Positions 35,296-48,100 of a stretch of DNA of 64,000 bases are shown piece by piece. Numbering within the stretch: position 1 is the stretch's first letter; each line of letters opens with the position of its first letter. Made by a program: the position numbers and the translations under genes. The stretch is from Salpingoeca rosetta (lineage: Eukaryota; Protista; Choanoflagellata), in the NCBI GenBank assembly GCA_033442325.1, contig JAWQFM010000005.1, forward strand, positions 1,675,665 through 1,739,664. The letters are read 5' to 3'. Under the pieces are notes generated by a model. It was not told where the DNA came from. It saw only the letters and a program-made list of their open reading frames with translations, and did no database searches.

Positions 35296-36164
35296 CCTGA
35301 GGGTGAGGTGACGCGTAGGCGGAGGCGTAAAGGAAGAGATATACGGGTTGTCTTGCTGATGGCTGGTTGACCGCGACACAAACAAACTTTGTGTACCTCG
35401 AAGTGTGTGTGTGTGTGTGTGGGTAGGCAAGAGAGGCGTATGTGAGTGTGCGGGTTTGTGTGATGCTGCCGAATACCAACGGTCTGCCTTTTGGTGCGTG
35501 TTGCTCCTCCGTTCGTCTTCTTGCCTACGAACAGATGGGGTGAGGCTGTGCACGGCTTGTCTTGAAAGAAAGATTTCACGCGGTGTTTTGCTGCAGACTA
35601 TTTTGCTCATTTGAAAATGACGTCATGGTGGCGAATTGCGTAAGGAACCGACAATGGGTGTCTGGTCGTGACAGCTCGTGCCGGTTGCGAACCACAATCC
35701 AGCATTAAGTCGTGGGAAAAAGTATTGCTGAAAGTGAGCATCATCTGAGCGGCGCCACGACGTGACTGACAAGCAAGCAAGCAAGCAACTAACTGTAACT
35801 GTAAGCTCGTTCCCAGCTGCTTGTTTTACAACTCAGACCACATCACCAACCAACCAACCAACAACCAACAACCAACAACCAACAAAATCCAAGAAGCAAG
35901 CGAGATCAAAGTGGGGAGACAAAGCAAGCCTCCCTTTCAAAGAAGAGCGGTATTGTGACTGGCTGTTGCACGGCTATGTATGTTACTTTGAGATGCGAAC
36001 TCAGGCAAAAAGAGAAAGAAAGTAATGGAAAAGAGAACAAAGAAACAGAACAGCAGGGCATGCGAATATGCACGGAAGCGTGTGTGCGTGTGGGGGGGGG
36101 GGTGTGGGTGGGGTGGGGCTTAGCTGCTGCTGGTTGCCCGTTCAGGAAGTGTGGCAAGGACAAG

Positions 36165-36333
36165 CTACGACTGCCGAAACACGTACGAGTCGCTGAATGT
36201 GATGTAGCGGACCCAGCGGAATGGGGTGTATGCGCGACCGCGTTCCGTGACACGCAGGAAGCGGAGGTTGATGCCGGAGCACACGTACATGGGCACCTCA
36301 AACTCCACGCTGCAAATGTTGTGAAAGAGCGTA

Positions 36334-36390
<57 letters not shown>

Positions 36391-36808
36391 TGAGGGGCGC
36401 GAATAGACCATGGTTTAGGCCCGGCAGCTGCACGTGCACGCATGTGCACTGAAGGCGAGCATTCACTGCTCCTGCACAGAAAGAAACCCAGCAACACCAC
36501 AACAATGGGGGGGGGGAAGAACCACCACGACGAACAAGCGAAGGAGCAACCAGCCGACCACACGCAACGAGCGTTGACAGTAGCTGCAACTATGTTGCAC
36601 AACACACACATATGACACGATGGCAGACCTGATGGGACCGAGTTCGCGGGCGAGGTTCGTCTGGCCATCGCTCAGGGACAGGCGCAGGCGTAGATAGCAC
36701 GAGGCACCGCCAACGATCTTGGGCACTGTCCACGAGAACGTCTGCATGCGGTGGAATCAGGCGAGAAAGCGGGAGGAGGGGGTTAGAGTGAGGCGGGTGA
36801 CGGGGTTC

Positions 36809-36852
<44 letters not shown>

Positions 36853-37333
36853 ATCGGTGTATTGGTGTATGCAGAAGTTTGATGCGTAGAATAAGGGTGC
36901 TCCAGCACACCGCGCACACGCCCGCTCTCACCTTGTCTTCCTTGTTAAAGGTAAACTTGTGTCCCGATGTGCCAAATTCGTGCCCACAGCTACACAGCAA
37001 CGGTGGCGCGGAGGAAGAATACGCACGACGTGAGCAGCGAGAATGGCAGCACATCGCGTCCAATGCAAGGGTAAACATGTTTGCACATGCAGGTACAGGG
37101 GGGGGGGGGAACAGCAACAGAGAGGAGAACACCAGCGAGCAGCTGCAACGCACCCAACCGTGCCCTTGGGCAATGTTCCTTTGACGACAACGTTGGATCC
37201 AAAGCTGAGAGCGCAAAAAAAGTGTGAGAAAGAATGTGTGAGTGCGAGAGTGAGGGAGTGAGTGAGGAAGTGTGCGTGTGTGTGTTAGACAGTGGGCGAG
37301 CAAATGTGTGTGCGTGTGTTAGTGAGTGGGCGA

Positions 37334-37397
<64 letters not shown>

Positions 37398-37973
37398 AAG
37401 TGAGCGCAATGTATACATGCATGCACGCGTCCTCCACCAATGCCAGAGGGTGGGTGCGGCGTACTTTTTGCGGGGCAGATCTGACTCAAGCTTGATCAGC
37501 ACGTCCTTCCTGTTGCGGCGACAACAGCGACATCAAAAGGGGTGAGTGCATGCATCCGCACCAATGGAATTGCGAGCGCCAAGCAAAGCACAGCCGGCGA
37601 GCACAATAACAGGAACCAAATCAAAACAAACAAACAAACAAAACAAAAAACAACAACAACAAAACAAAACAAAAAACAACAACAACAAAACAAAACAAAA
37701 CAAACTGAGCAAGCAAGCAAACACGTGGACGACACCTCTCTGGACCGGAGCCATCCTCCAGCACCACGGCGACGCGAAACGGCAGCGCGTGCGCAAACGC
37801 TGACGACGTGGTTGCGTAAATGCACACACGCAGGTTGGATTGCAGCAAAAGGTGAGTGTATGTGTATGTGTACGTGCGGAACGGGTGCGACGGGATGTGA
37901 GACAGCGAGCCGCTGACCGGAGCGGCAAAACCATCTCCGAGCCAGAAACACAAGCCAACACGCACACACGCAC

Positions 37974-38018
<45 letters not shown>

Positions 38019-38020
38019 GC

Positions 38021-38055
<35 letters not shown>

Positions 38056-38708
38056 GAACAACAACAACAACAACAAGAACAACAACAAGAACAACAGCAA
38101 CAACAACAACAACAACAACAACAACATACCTCCGCCTTCGCCGCTGATTCTGTAGTTCATGAGGGAAAACTGCAGAGGAGGAGGAGGAGGAGAAGGAGGC
38201 GCCATTGGTGAAGACGGAATGTGAACTCAGCGACCCACAGGCACACGCAGCGGCAAAGGCACACTCAGCAAGCGCAACGCAACACAATGTGTGTGTGTGT
38301 GTGTGTGTACCTCTCCGTCGGGCGGGTTCAGCTTGAGCACTTTCTGGGATTCAAAGCTGTCGAGTTTGACGCACTCGTGGAAGTTGCAGTCGTCAAGAAC
38401 GAGCCCGTACACTGCATGCACAGTGGCGACGCGAATAGGAGACGCAGCAGGAGGTGAGATGTGGGTTGAGTGGACTGAGAGTGGCATTGTGACGACAGGC
38501 AAAATCACACACGCACTCAGGTGCGAACACAGACAGACACACAAGGAGACAGGGCCGTGAGAGAGCGCGCGCGCGTGTGTGTGTGTGATACGTACGTCCG
38601 CGCTCCTTGCCGATCATGAGGTCCTCGTTGAGCCCAATGCTGATCTCGGGGGAGCCGCGCAGGAAACTCTTCATCTGGATGCTGCCGTCAATCTCAGACC
38701 GGATTACG
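36165..38708 (-). CDS. AP4M1: Adaptor complex mu subunit, AP-4 mu-like; only the C-terminal mu-homology domain is present here
   Basis: Exons [30 protein letters not shown]; [29 protein letters not shown]|FSLMNYRI; PFRV; WTVPKIVGG; [20 protein letters not shown]...[17 protein letters not shown]. No longin-domain exons found upstream. Confidence 0.8.
37975..38125. repeat. (CAA)n microsatellite in an AP-4 mu intron
   Basis: Direct observation. Confidence 0.95.
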
Positions 38709-38919
38709 CTGGCGTCGGGGGAGGGAGCGTGGTGGTGGTGGTGGTGGTGGTGGTGGTGGTGGTGGTGTGTGTGTGTGTGTGTGCGAGGGGGAAGGGGAGG
38801 AGCGCAGTGAAACATCATAACAGTGACAAGGCAGAATTACAGGCCATTGCACTTGTAGACAGACAGACAGACACACAGACAGACAGACACACGCAGGGCA
38901 CACACACACACACACACAT

Positions 38920-39007
<88 letters not shown>

Positions 39008-39021
39008 GCAAGCAACCGCAC

Positions 39022-40856
39022 CGCTGCTGGTCTGGGGGAATGCCCTCTTTGTCCTGGATCTTGGACTTGAGGTTTGCAATTGTGTCGCGGAAGGACACGT
39101 CGAGTGAGACGGTCTTGCCCGTGAGCGTCTGAGAGCCATTGTTGCAAAGGAAGCAGAGTGGAGGTCAGCAGTGGTAGTGAGTAAGAATGTGGAGGAAGAT
39201 TGGACGGAATCAACAGGCCGGAAAGACACACACACACACACACACATGCACACTCACACACATGTACACTCACACATGCATACACAGGCATGCGTGTATG
39301 CAAGCAAAAACACAGACACACGCACACACATTCATAAACACACACACATTAACCAGCACACCCATAGACATGCACACCTTGATGAAGATGGCGCTTGAGC
39401 TGCTGTATCCCTTCTTGGTGGCCATGTTCTGCAGCCGCTCCACAGCCCGCTGCGCTTTTTCCGGCCGCGAAGTGTCAATCTTCGTTGGGTCCTCCACAAG
39501 CTGCAGCTCGTTGGCAACAAGGCTGATCTCAACGTCGTTCCAGTCGTAGTCGCTCGTGTTCTGCACGCGCGCCATCACGTGCAGCACAACCAGGTCCTGC
39601 TCACCGGCGGTCTGCCCTCCAACCTGCGCTGTGCCTCCCGTGCCGTCGGAAGCAGTGGCGGTGGTGCTGTTGCTGGCGGTGGCATCATCGTCATCGTCGC
39701 CGTCGTGCGGTTGCATTGCGCGCTTGATGTCCATGACCTGCTGGCCGTGCACGACAACCGTGTCTGCAGACGGCGCCTCCAGCCGGTAGCTGCACGTCCA
39801 CGGCGCGCTCTCGCTCACGTACGACGTGGTGATGGTGTGGGGCGTGCTGGCGTGTGCGTGCAGGTCCGAGGTGATGATGGAGATGCTCGTGTCACTGCCA
39901 ACCTTGGGCTGCGGGAACTTGGACGTGCGGCGGTGCGCCAGCGCCGTGATGAGCTGCGCCTGCAGCTCGGAGTCCTGCATCTGCAAATGCTGGATGGAGC
40001 GGAGCGGGATGCGCAGGATGGCCCCGCCCTCCGTCAAATACACGACGGGAACCTTGGCCTTGGTCACGGGCGGGATGCTCAAGGTGCGGTGCGAGGCCGC
40101 ACCTCTGCCACCCTGGCCGGAAGAGCCACCTCGTCCAAAGAGGTGGAAGGAACCGACATTGTCGTTGTCGTTGTCGTACTCTTCTTCCACGGCTTGCTCC
40201 TGCATGATTTCCTGCTGCTGCTGAATGGGCTCGGCGTTCTGGGCAAAGAGCGGCGCGTTGGCCTGGGCAAAGGGGATGTTGGCAAAGGGCACGGGCACGG
40301 AGGGCGCCTCGCCGCCGTGCTCGGTGGACGCTGCGGGGACAAAGCCGACGGGAAGCAGCTCCTCCTCCTCTTGCACCATGACGATGATGCCCTGGGCACG
40401 CGCTGTAGTGGTGTGGGGCCCCGTGGGGCGGCCGTTCGTGGACGCGGCGCGAGTTGGCGTGGTGGTGCACACGTACGTGACATCGATGCTTGAGCCGACG
40501 CAGGAGCGGAGAAAGCTCATGTAGGTGGAGAAGGAGAAGTCGAAGAAGCGCTTCTGGCTCTCCTCCTGCCGATCCACAAACTCGTCCGCGCGGTCGGCGT
40601 CGAAGTTGACGCGTGGGCTCGCCCCGGTCGCGGTCGACGACACGGTGAGCGTGTCCACAACGACGTCCTTAGTCTTCTTGGGGATGGTGATGTGGAAAGC
40701 GCGCTCGCCATCGTATACCGTCTTTCGTCCGTTCTCAATGGCGCACGAGTGCTCGTAAAAGGCCAGGCCGTTCTTGTACAGCGTCACCTGCTGCAGTGGG
40801 ATGGCTTTGGACGGCACAGCAGTGCCACTGCCGCTTCTTCCTCTTGTGTCGCTCAT
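39022..40856 (-). CDS. DUF4140/DUF4139-like protein (bacterial-type) followed by ubiquitin-like residues 1-42; C-terminus missing or fused
   Basis: 1.48 kb exon 40856-39378: [17 protein letters not shown]...DVVVDTLTV...[15 protein letters not shown]...[19 protein letters not shown], then SAIFIK spliced to exon 39128-39022 [36 protein letters not shown]. Confidence 0.7.
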
Positions 40857-42027
40857 CTTCCTGAGATGCGGGGTGAGGGAGGGGTGTGTGGCTTGGTTGC
40901 TGTGGTTGGTTGCTTTGTTGCTTCTGTGCGATCGTGTTCTTGAATCAGTCAGTGGTTTGCAGGTGTAAATGAATGTGCAGAAACAAAGAGCAAAACGCGC
41001 CTTTCCTCGTTTGTTTGTTTGTTGTGGTTTATTTTTGTTTGTGAAGTTGGTCGACACAGCACGCCAGCTTGGAATTGTGGACAAGGCGATGCACACGCGA
41101 CACACACGTGTGCCTGGTCAGCCAGCGTCCGTGACTCTGACGTGCGTGCTTGTCACTGATTTGCTTGGTGGCTTGTCAACGCGGTCGTGTATTTGGTCAA
41201 GGGGAGAGGGAGAAACAGGGGTGAAAAAACGTCACAGACAACAAAAACAACGCCAAGCAAGTCAACACCATCCAACCACACGAGTGGCCAGGCAGGGCCA
41301 GCGCTCACGGACGCGTCTTGTTGGCAAGGAAAAGCACCAACAGAACACGAACTATTCATTGGAGGCAGACACACCAGTCAAACGGGTGGGAAGAAAAGAA
41401 GAGGGGAGAAAACGAGGGGCAGGGGAGGGGAAGAAGAGGCAAGAGAGGAGAAGGAAAGACAAGACAAAGAGGGGAAGGAGATGGATGAAGTGCTTGCATG
41501 GGGATTGAAACGACATCACACGGCGTGTGACGGAGCCTACACATACACGTACACACATAAAAAAAAAAGAACAGCTGAACACACAAAAAAAGACCAATTG
41601 AACGGAAACAAGAGTCAAGGAACAACGGCTGTTGTTGGGGTGTTGGGGTGTTGGATTGTTGAGGTGTTGGGGTGGGAGTCAACTAGATGCTGGAGCCGTC
41701 AAGGGATTCGGGGCGGGTGCGGCCGTGAAGGCTGCGCAGGGCGCGGGGACGCACAGAGGTGTTGCGTGGCTGAGAAAACGCATACGTGGGCTCGTGCTCC
41801 TCTTCTGTTGGCAGGTAACAAATGGACAAAGGTCGCAAAGACGTGAATTGGGGCAAACGCGAAAACAAAAAAAGGTGCAATACGCAAACGAGGGGACATC
41901 AAACCACCCAAGAAAATGCGGCCGGCATGATTGTCGCACAGGTAAACCAGGGTTCACGTCAACAGCAGCAACAACAGTGGCAACAACTACAACGCTGACC
42001 ACAACACCCATCCCCACACCCCCACAG

Positions 42028-42058
<31 letters not shown>

Positions 42059-42121
42059 CACACACACACACACACACACAGACGCATGGACACAACCACA
42101 CAACCACCACCACAGCCACCC

Positions 42122-45100
42122 TCATCTCGTTTCAAACGCACCATCATCAAACAGCTCGCTGACGAGGCCTTCCTCTTCCTGCGCAGGGGCGTCGCCAATG
42201 TCGTAGTCCGGGTCCGTGTTCATCAGGCCCGTCGTGTCACCGGCAGAGTCGCCCTCAGCGGTGGCCATGTCGTACGCAGGGTCGCGCTCGCCGCTCTCCT
42301 CTGCGCCGGGTGCCTCGTTGCCGAGGTCGTAGTCTGGCTCGTCGAAGCTTGGCAGCGCGCCCAGCACATCGCCATCCCCTTGGTCGTACACAGGCTCGGG
42401 CTCCGACCCGCGGCGCCGCGAACCGTTGCCGCCAAGGTATTGTGGCTCTGCACCATCATCATCGCCGTCATCGTTCAGCCCAGAGGTAAGCATCGTGCGC
42501 ACATCGTACGTCCCGGAGGGCAGTGTGTTGTCGTAGTCTGGCCCGCCGTCCTCCTCCTCGTCGGAGAGGCCGAGGTTGTTGGCGCTGTCGTAGTCGTCGT
42601 CGTCGTGCTCGCCAGGCATGCCTGGTGCGGCGTTGTCGTAGTTGGGCTCACGCACCGACGCCTTGTTGGCGCGCGAGTACATGGCCTCAATCTCCTTCTT
42701 GGACTTGCCACGGCGCACCGCGTTCTGCGTGTCGGCGTCTGCCATGTCGTACGTGGCCTCCTCGTCCGCGAAGTCTTCGAGGTCATCCAGTGCAGCAGGG
42801 TTGCTGGCAAAGGCATACGTGTCCTGCACGCCGCCTTCTCCGTCGCCCTCGTCGTACACGGGCTCGCCAAAGCCGTCGCTGCTGCCGACATCGTACATGC
42901 GCTCGGGCTCGTCACCCATGTTGGCCGTGGAGTATGTCTCATCGTTGTCGTCGTCGCCGCTGAAGGCGCCCATGTCGTACACAAACGCGTTGTCGCGGGC
43001 GCCGCCACGCTGCATCTGCGACTTGCGCATGGTCACGCGGCGCGCCAGGAAGCGCTCCGCCTGCGCAAACGTCAGCGGGCTCACGCTGCCGTCGACAGCA
43101 AACTCGTCGTCCTCAAACTCGCCGCGCAGCAGGCTGGCGTCCTCGTACGCGGGCTCCTCCACCTGGCCCGTAATCGGGTCCAGGTACGCCGCCCAGCGCT
43201 TCGGGATGAGCCCAGAGGCGTCGTTGGGCACGTTGGCGCGGTACGGGCGCGTGCCGTTGCTCTGCTCCTTGGCGGCCGTGTCGATGGCCTCCTCCATGAC
43301 CAGGTCCGCCAGAGCCAGGCTCAGGAAGTCCACCACCTCGTCGAGCGAGCGCTCGTTCTCGGAGACCTTGGCCTCCATGAACATGTTTGTGTCATCCTTG
43401 AGCGTGGGCAGCGTGCGCTTGGGCGGGCGCGGCACCATGAGAATGTCGTACACCGTGCCCAGCTCCTCCGCAGGCTCCGTCAGCACGAGGTCCTTGTTGT
43501 AGCGCAGGAACGAGAAGCACACCACGCGCTTGAACGCCGCCAGGTACTGCGACGCCGGCGCAAACACGGGGTTGCGCATGCTGGTGAGCATGCCGCTGAA
43601 TGGATCCTGCTCGTACTTGACCAGCGCCTCAGACTTGTCGCGGCTGCGGCGGCGAAGCGACGTCACCGCCAGCACCGCCAGCACCAGCAGCGCAAGGCCG
43701 CCCAGCACGCCGCCGACAATGATGCCCAGCGACTCGCCAGTGGCGCTGCTCTGCTGCTGCTGCCGCGACTGCAGGTTGTCCAGGTCCTCGGCCACCGTCG
43801 CCGGGTCGGAGCAGTACGAGCCCGTGTCCGGCAGCGTCTGCAGGGAGCAGGACAGGAAGGTAAAGCCGTCGCAGCACCCACACGCCTGGCCCAACGCACA
43901 CTCGCAGCGGATGCCGCCGGCGTCATTCACACACTGCGAGCCCGGCGCGCACGGGTTCTGATCGCCGAGCAAACCGCACGCGTCGGCATACTCGCACATC
44001 GTGCCCGTGAATCCCGGAGGGCAGTTGCACACAAAGGTGAGCAGCTGCGTGGAGCTGACGCACGTGGCGTTGTTCTGGCAGGGGTCGTTTGCACAGTAGT
44101 CGATGAGGGAGCACTCGCGGTCAGACGTGGCCGTGGGCGCCGCCGTCTCCTCAAAGCCCGGGTCGCACTCGGACACGGGCAGACACACGCGGTCCGTGGT
44201 CAGGGTGAGGGGCACGCTCTCGTACATGTTGTAGTCGCAGGGCGCGTCGAGGCGGCACACGCGGTCCGAGGTGGGCGTGGGCTCCAGCAGCGCAATCTCG
44301 CCCTCCAGGCACACGGTGACGTTGGTGCACGTGCGGTCGGCCGTGGCGTTGCCGGCAGACGACTGGTACTCGACGGGCACGTTGCACACGGTGCGGTTCA
44401 CGCACTCGCGGTCCGTGGTTGCCGTGGGCGCCTCCGTCTCGTACTCCTCTGCGTCGCAGGTGCTGATGGGCATACACTCGGCGCTGGACGTGGCTGTCGG
44501 GGCCGCCGTCTCGTACTCGGATGCCGTGCACGAAGTTGTGGCGTGGCAGCTCGCCGTCGCCTGCTCGTTGGTGAACGTGGCAAACGGGTTGTAGCCGGCC
44601 GTGCGCACAAACTGGAACGGCGGCATCGTTGGCACCGTCAGCTCAAAGTCGTACCCGGCAAAGTTGAAGGGCGGCACGCGCGGGCCGCTCCAGGTGAAGC
44701 TGAGCGCGTCGGTGCTCACGCCAACAAAGCCGCCGCTGCCGCTTGTGGTGTTGACGCTGGTCAGCTGGAACACGGTGATGCCGTGCATGTCCTCCGAGGC
44801 AATGGGGGTGCGCACGACGACACCGTACACGTCGCCGCCGAGGTGCGCCGCCTGCCACAGGCCACCCTGCAGCGAGCTCGAGCCCTTGTCCACGTTGATG
44901 CGCTGGCCAACCTCGACCACAGACGCATCAAACAGGGTGTCAAAGCCAGCGGACATGGACTCCACGTCAAAGAAGACGTGCGTCGAGCCGGGCAGGGCGG
45001 GCACGTTGCCGGCGCCAAACACGCGCACCGCAACCTCGAGGCGGCAGCCGTTGCTCGTGTCCACGGGCTGAACCATGACGTCGCGCACAAAGCGCACGTC

Positions 45101-48100
45101 CTTGGAGAGCACGCGGGACAGGAGATCCACGTCCAGAACGCCGATGGTGCCGTCCTGGTCCGCATCGAGCTGCTCCTGCTGTACAGGAAGCAGCGTGCTG
45201 AAGTAGTTGGGGTCAAGCAGCGTCTCGAGGTACGCGTCCATGAAGAAGGTGACGTCGTCGAGGGTGAACACGCAGTCGGCGTTGACATCGCCTGTCTGGT
45301 GCGTGTCGCCGTTCGGGCACACGGCGCACGGCGGGGTCGGGCAGGCCGTGGTGGCCACGTCACGACGACGGCGGCGGCGGCGACGGTTCATCACCGAGGG
45401 CGCCTCAATCACCGTGGAGATGGACGCGGCGGGTGAGACGATGGGCGTGGACTCGGACGCACCCACGGCAATGGCGCCGCCTGCGCGGGAGGTGAAGGCA
45501 GCCACGCGGCCAGCGAAGAAGACCTGCTCATCAGCCGTGTCGGCCTTGACGGTGAAGGTGATGGTGGCAATGTGGGGCACGCCAGACACGCCGGCGTTGG
45601 GCTCTGCGGTCACGCGCACAAAGTGCGTGGCAAAGGCGGCCTGCTCCTCCTGCGGCAGCGTGGACGAGAAGGCGTTCACGGCCCCAACAAAGTCCGAGCC
45701 GGCGCCCGCCGTGACAAAGTCCACGAGCGACGCGTTGAAGAGGACGTCAAACACGAGGCGGTCAATGTCCGCGGAGCCGGCGTTGGCGCGCACCTCAAAG
45801 CTGAGCAGCGAGCCCGCGGTGGCGCCGGACAGGGCAAGCCCGCTGTTGACGCCAAAGTCCACCTCGCCCTCGGCAGGCAGCAGGTTACAGGCAAACGAGG
45901 CCTCTGCCAGGACCACGGGCGACGTAGCGTCCACGGTGACCAGGAAGAGCGACAACCTCTCGACGCTGTTGCCGAGCAGGCGCACCTCGCCCGTGGCTGC
46001 GCTCAGCAAGCTGGCAGATGCACCGGTCGCGCCAAGCGGCGCCGGCTCCTCCAGCATAAACTCAACCAGGCCGGCAGGCAGGACCGCGGCGCTGTCGAAG
46101 ACGCTGCTGTCCGAGAAGGTGACGGCAGCCTCTGGCGTGACGGACGTCGTCTGCGCGAGTCCACGCAGCTGCGAGGGGAAGGTGAGGGTGGCGCTGGCAA
46201 CGGACACCGGCGTCGAGGACACGGTGAGCGTGAGCTGCGTCGTCACACCGACAACGGAGACGTCCACGGCGGCCTGGCCAAGCACGGGCGATGTCGGGCT
46301 GGCCACGGAGACGATCGTGCCCGTCACGGCAAGCGCACCGCTGACGGCAGAGATGGTTGCGCTGGCAGCCACGTCGTCGGTGGTCTGCACGGCCGTGGCG
46401 CCGCCATCTGTGCTGAGCACACCGCGCACGTCCACGGCGCACGCCTGGAACGTGGCCGGGCTGAGGCCTTGGAAGGGCGCGAGTGAGGCAACCACGCCAG
46501 CCTCGGCCTGTGACGTGTGGCCGTTGGCGTGCAGGCGGCATGTGACGTGCAGGGCGGCAACATCCACGACGGAGATGCTGATGTTGGTGCTGGCCGTCTC
46601 GTAGGTGACCATGGCGTGGTACACGCCCGGCGCGGCGCCGCTGGCCACTGTGACGAGGAGACCCGTCGACGTCTCCGTGACAGCCAGCTCGGAGGGCGAC
46701 ACAATGTCGAGGCTGTCTGTCTCGTCGAGGTCCAGGCGGGCGCCGCCGGTGAGCGTGGCGGTGAGCAAAACGGGCGTGGAAGACGCGTGCATGAACGGCG
46801 CGGCCGCTGCAGCGCTGTCCGGGGCAGCAAGCACGGTGCGCTCCGTGGACGCGGCAATGCTGGCGACGGTGGGCAGGCTCAGCGACACGGGCACGGCGCG
46901 GGAGATGATGGGCTGCGCAGCACAGGCGCCCGACGACCAGGACGCGTCAAGCACGGGCACGCTGGCCGTCTGCACCTGGGAGCGAACCACGAGGGCCAGA
47001 CCTTGCACCTCGATAACCTCCGCGTCATCGGAGACGAGGCGCACGCCATCGGCTGCGGTAAGCTCCAAGCGGGTGGCGTCCGACAGAACGACGCTGGCGC
47101 CAACGGGCGCGTGCTGGTTGGTGGCGGTGAAGGTGCTGGAGACCTGCAGCGTGGCAGCGAGGGCGGCCTGCGACGCAAGCTCCGAGGGCAGGGCAGGGGA
47201 GAAGCCCAGGCTGACCACGGGGGTGATGTCGAGGCGGGTGGCGACGACGGGGGTGCTGGACACGACCACGGAGACGGAGGAGGCAAGGCCTTGCACGGTG
47301 GTCGACACCTGCACGGTGCCTGGCTGGAAGCCCTGCACATACACGCCGGCAAAGTCGTGGCCGGCGTGCGTGGGTGTGGACAGCGTGGCCACGCCGTCGT
47401 TGCTCACGTGCATCGTCACGTATTTGGTCACATCAATGTTGTCAACCACGAGGCCGCTGTCGTCGGAAAAGCTGGTAAACGCGCGCACGCGGGTCTTCTG
47501 GTACAGCTGGCGGCAGTTGCTCGACTCGTCCAGCCAGCCGGTCACGGCGTTGAGCTCGGCGTCATCCACAGTCAGCTGCACAGGCAGGGCAGGGCGCAGC
47601 ACGCGCACGTCAAAGGCGGTGGTCACGCCGGCGTCGGCATCGAGCGTCACGGTGATGGTGGCGGCGTAGGCGTTGAGGTCGCTGGAGGCGCCCAGCTTGA
47701 GGTGGCACGTGGGGGTGACGTCCACGACGGCCGGGTGCGAGGAGGAGCAGGTGACGTCGGCCGCATCCAGGGCCTCCAGGCCGCCAGACTCGCGCATGGT
47801 GAACAGCTCCACGTGGTGCAGGGCAGCCACGCCAGAGATGGTGGGCGTGTATGCGAGGAGCGTGGAGACGGGGGCGGCGAAGATGCTCTGGCTCTGAGCG
47901 CCGCTGACGGTGACAACGCCCTGGTTGGTGGCGTCCGCGCCCTGGCGGTCGACAAACACGACGCGGGCCGGCAGCGCGCGGTCACCAGGGCGGATGCCCT
48001 CGCCCTTGGCGTTGTCCAGCGAGTGCAGGATGATGTCGATACTGGCCTGGCCAGGGGTGGCGCTCGCAGGCACGGAGACGCTGATGGTGAAGAGGAGCTG

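Noticed and set aside
39022-39395. Stand-alone ubiquitin or polyubiquitin gene
   Set aside because: Diverged from ubiquitin, lacks its own Met and the C-terminal LRLRGG, and is in frame with the upstream DUF4139-like exon.
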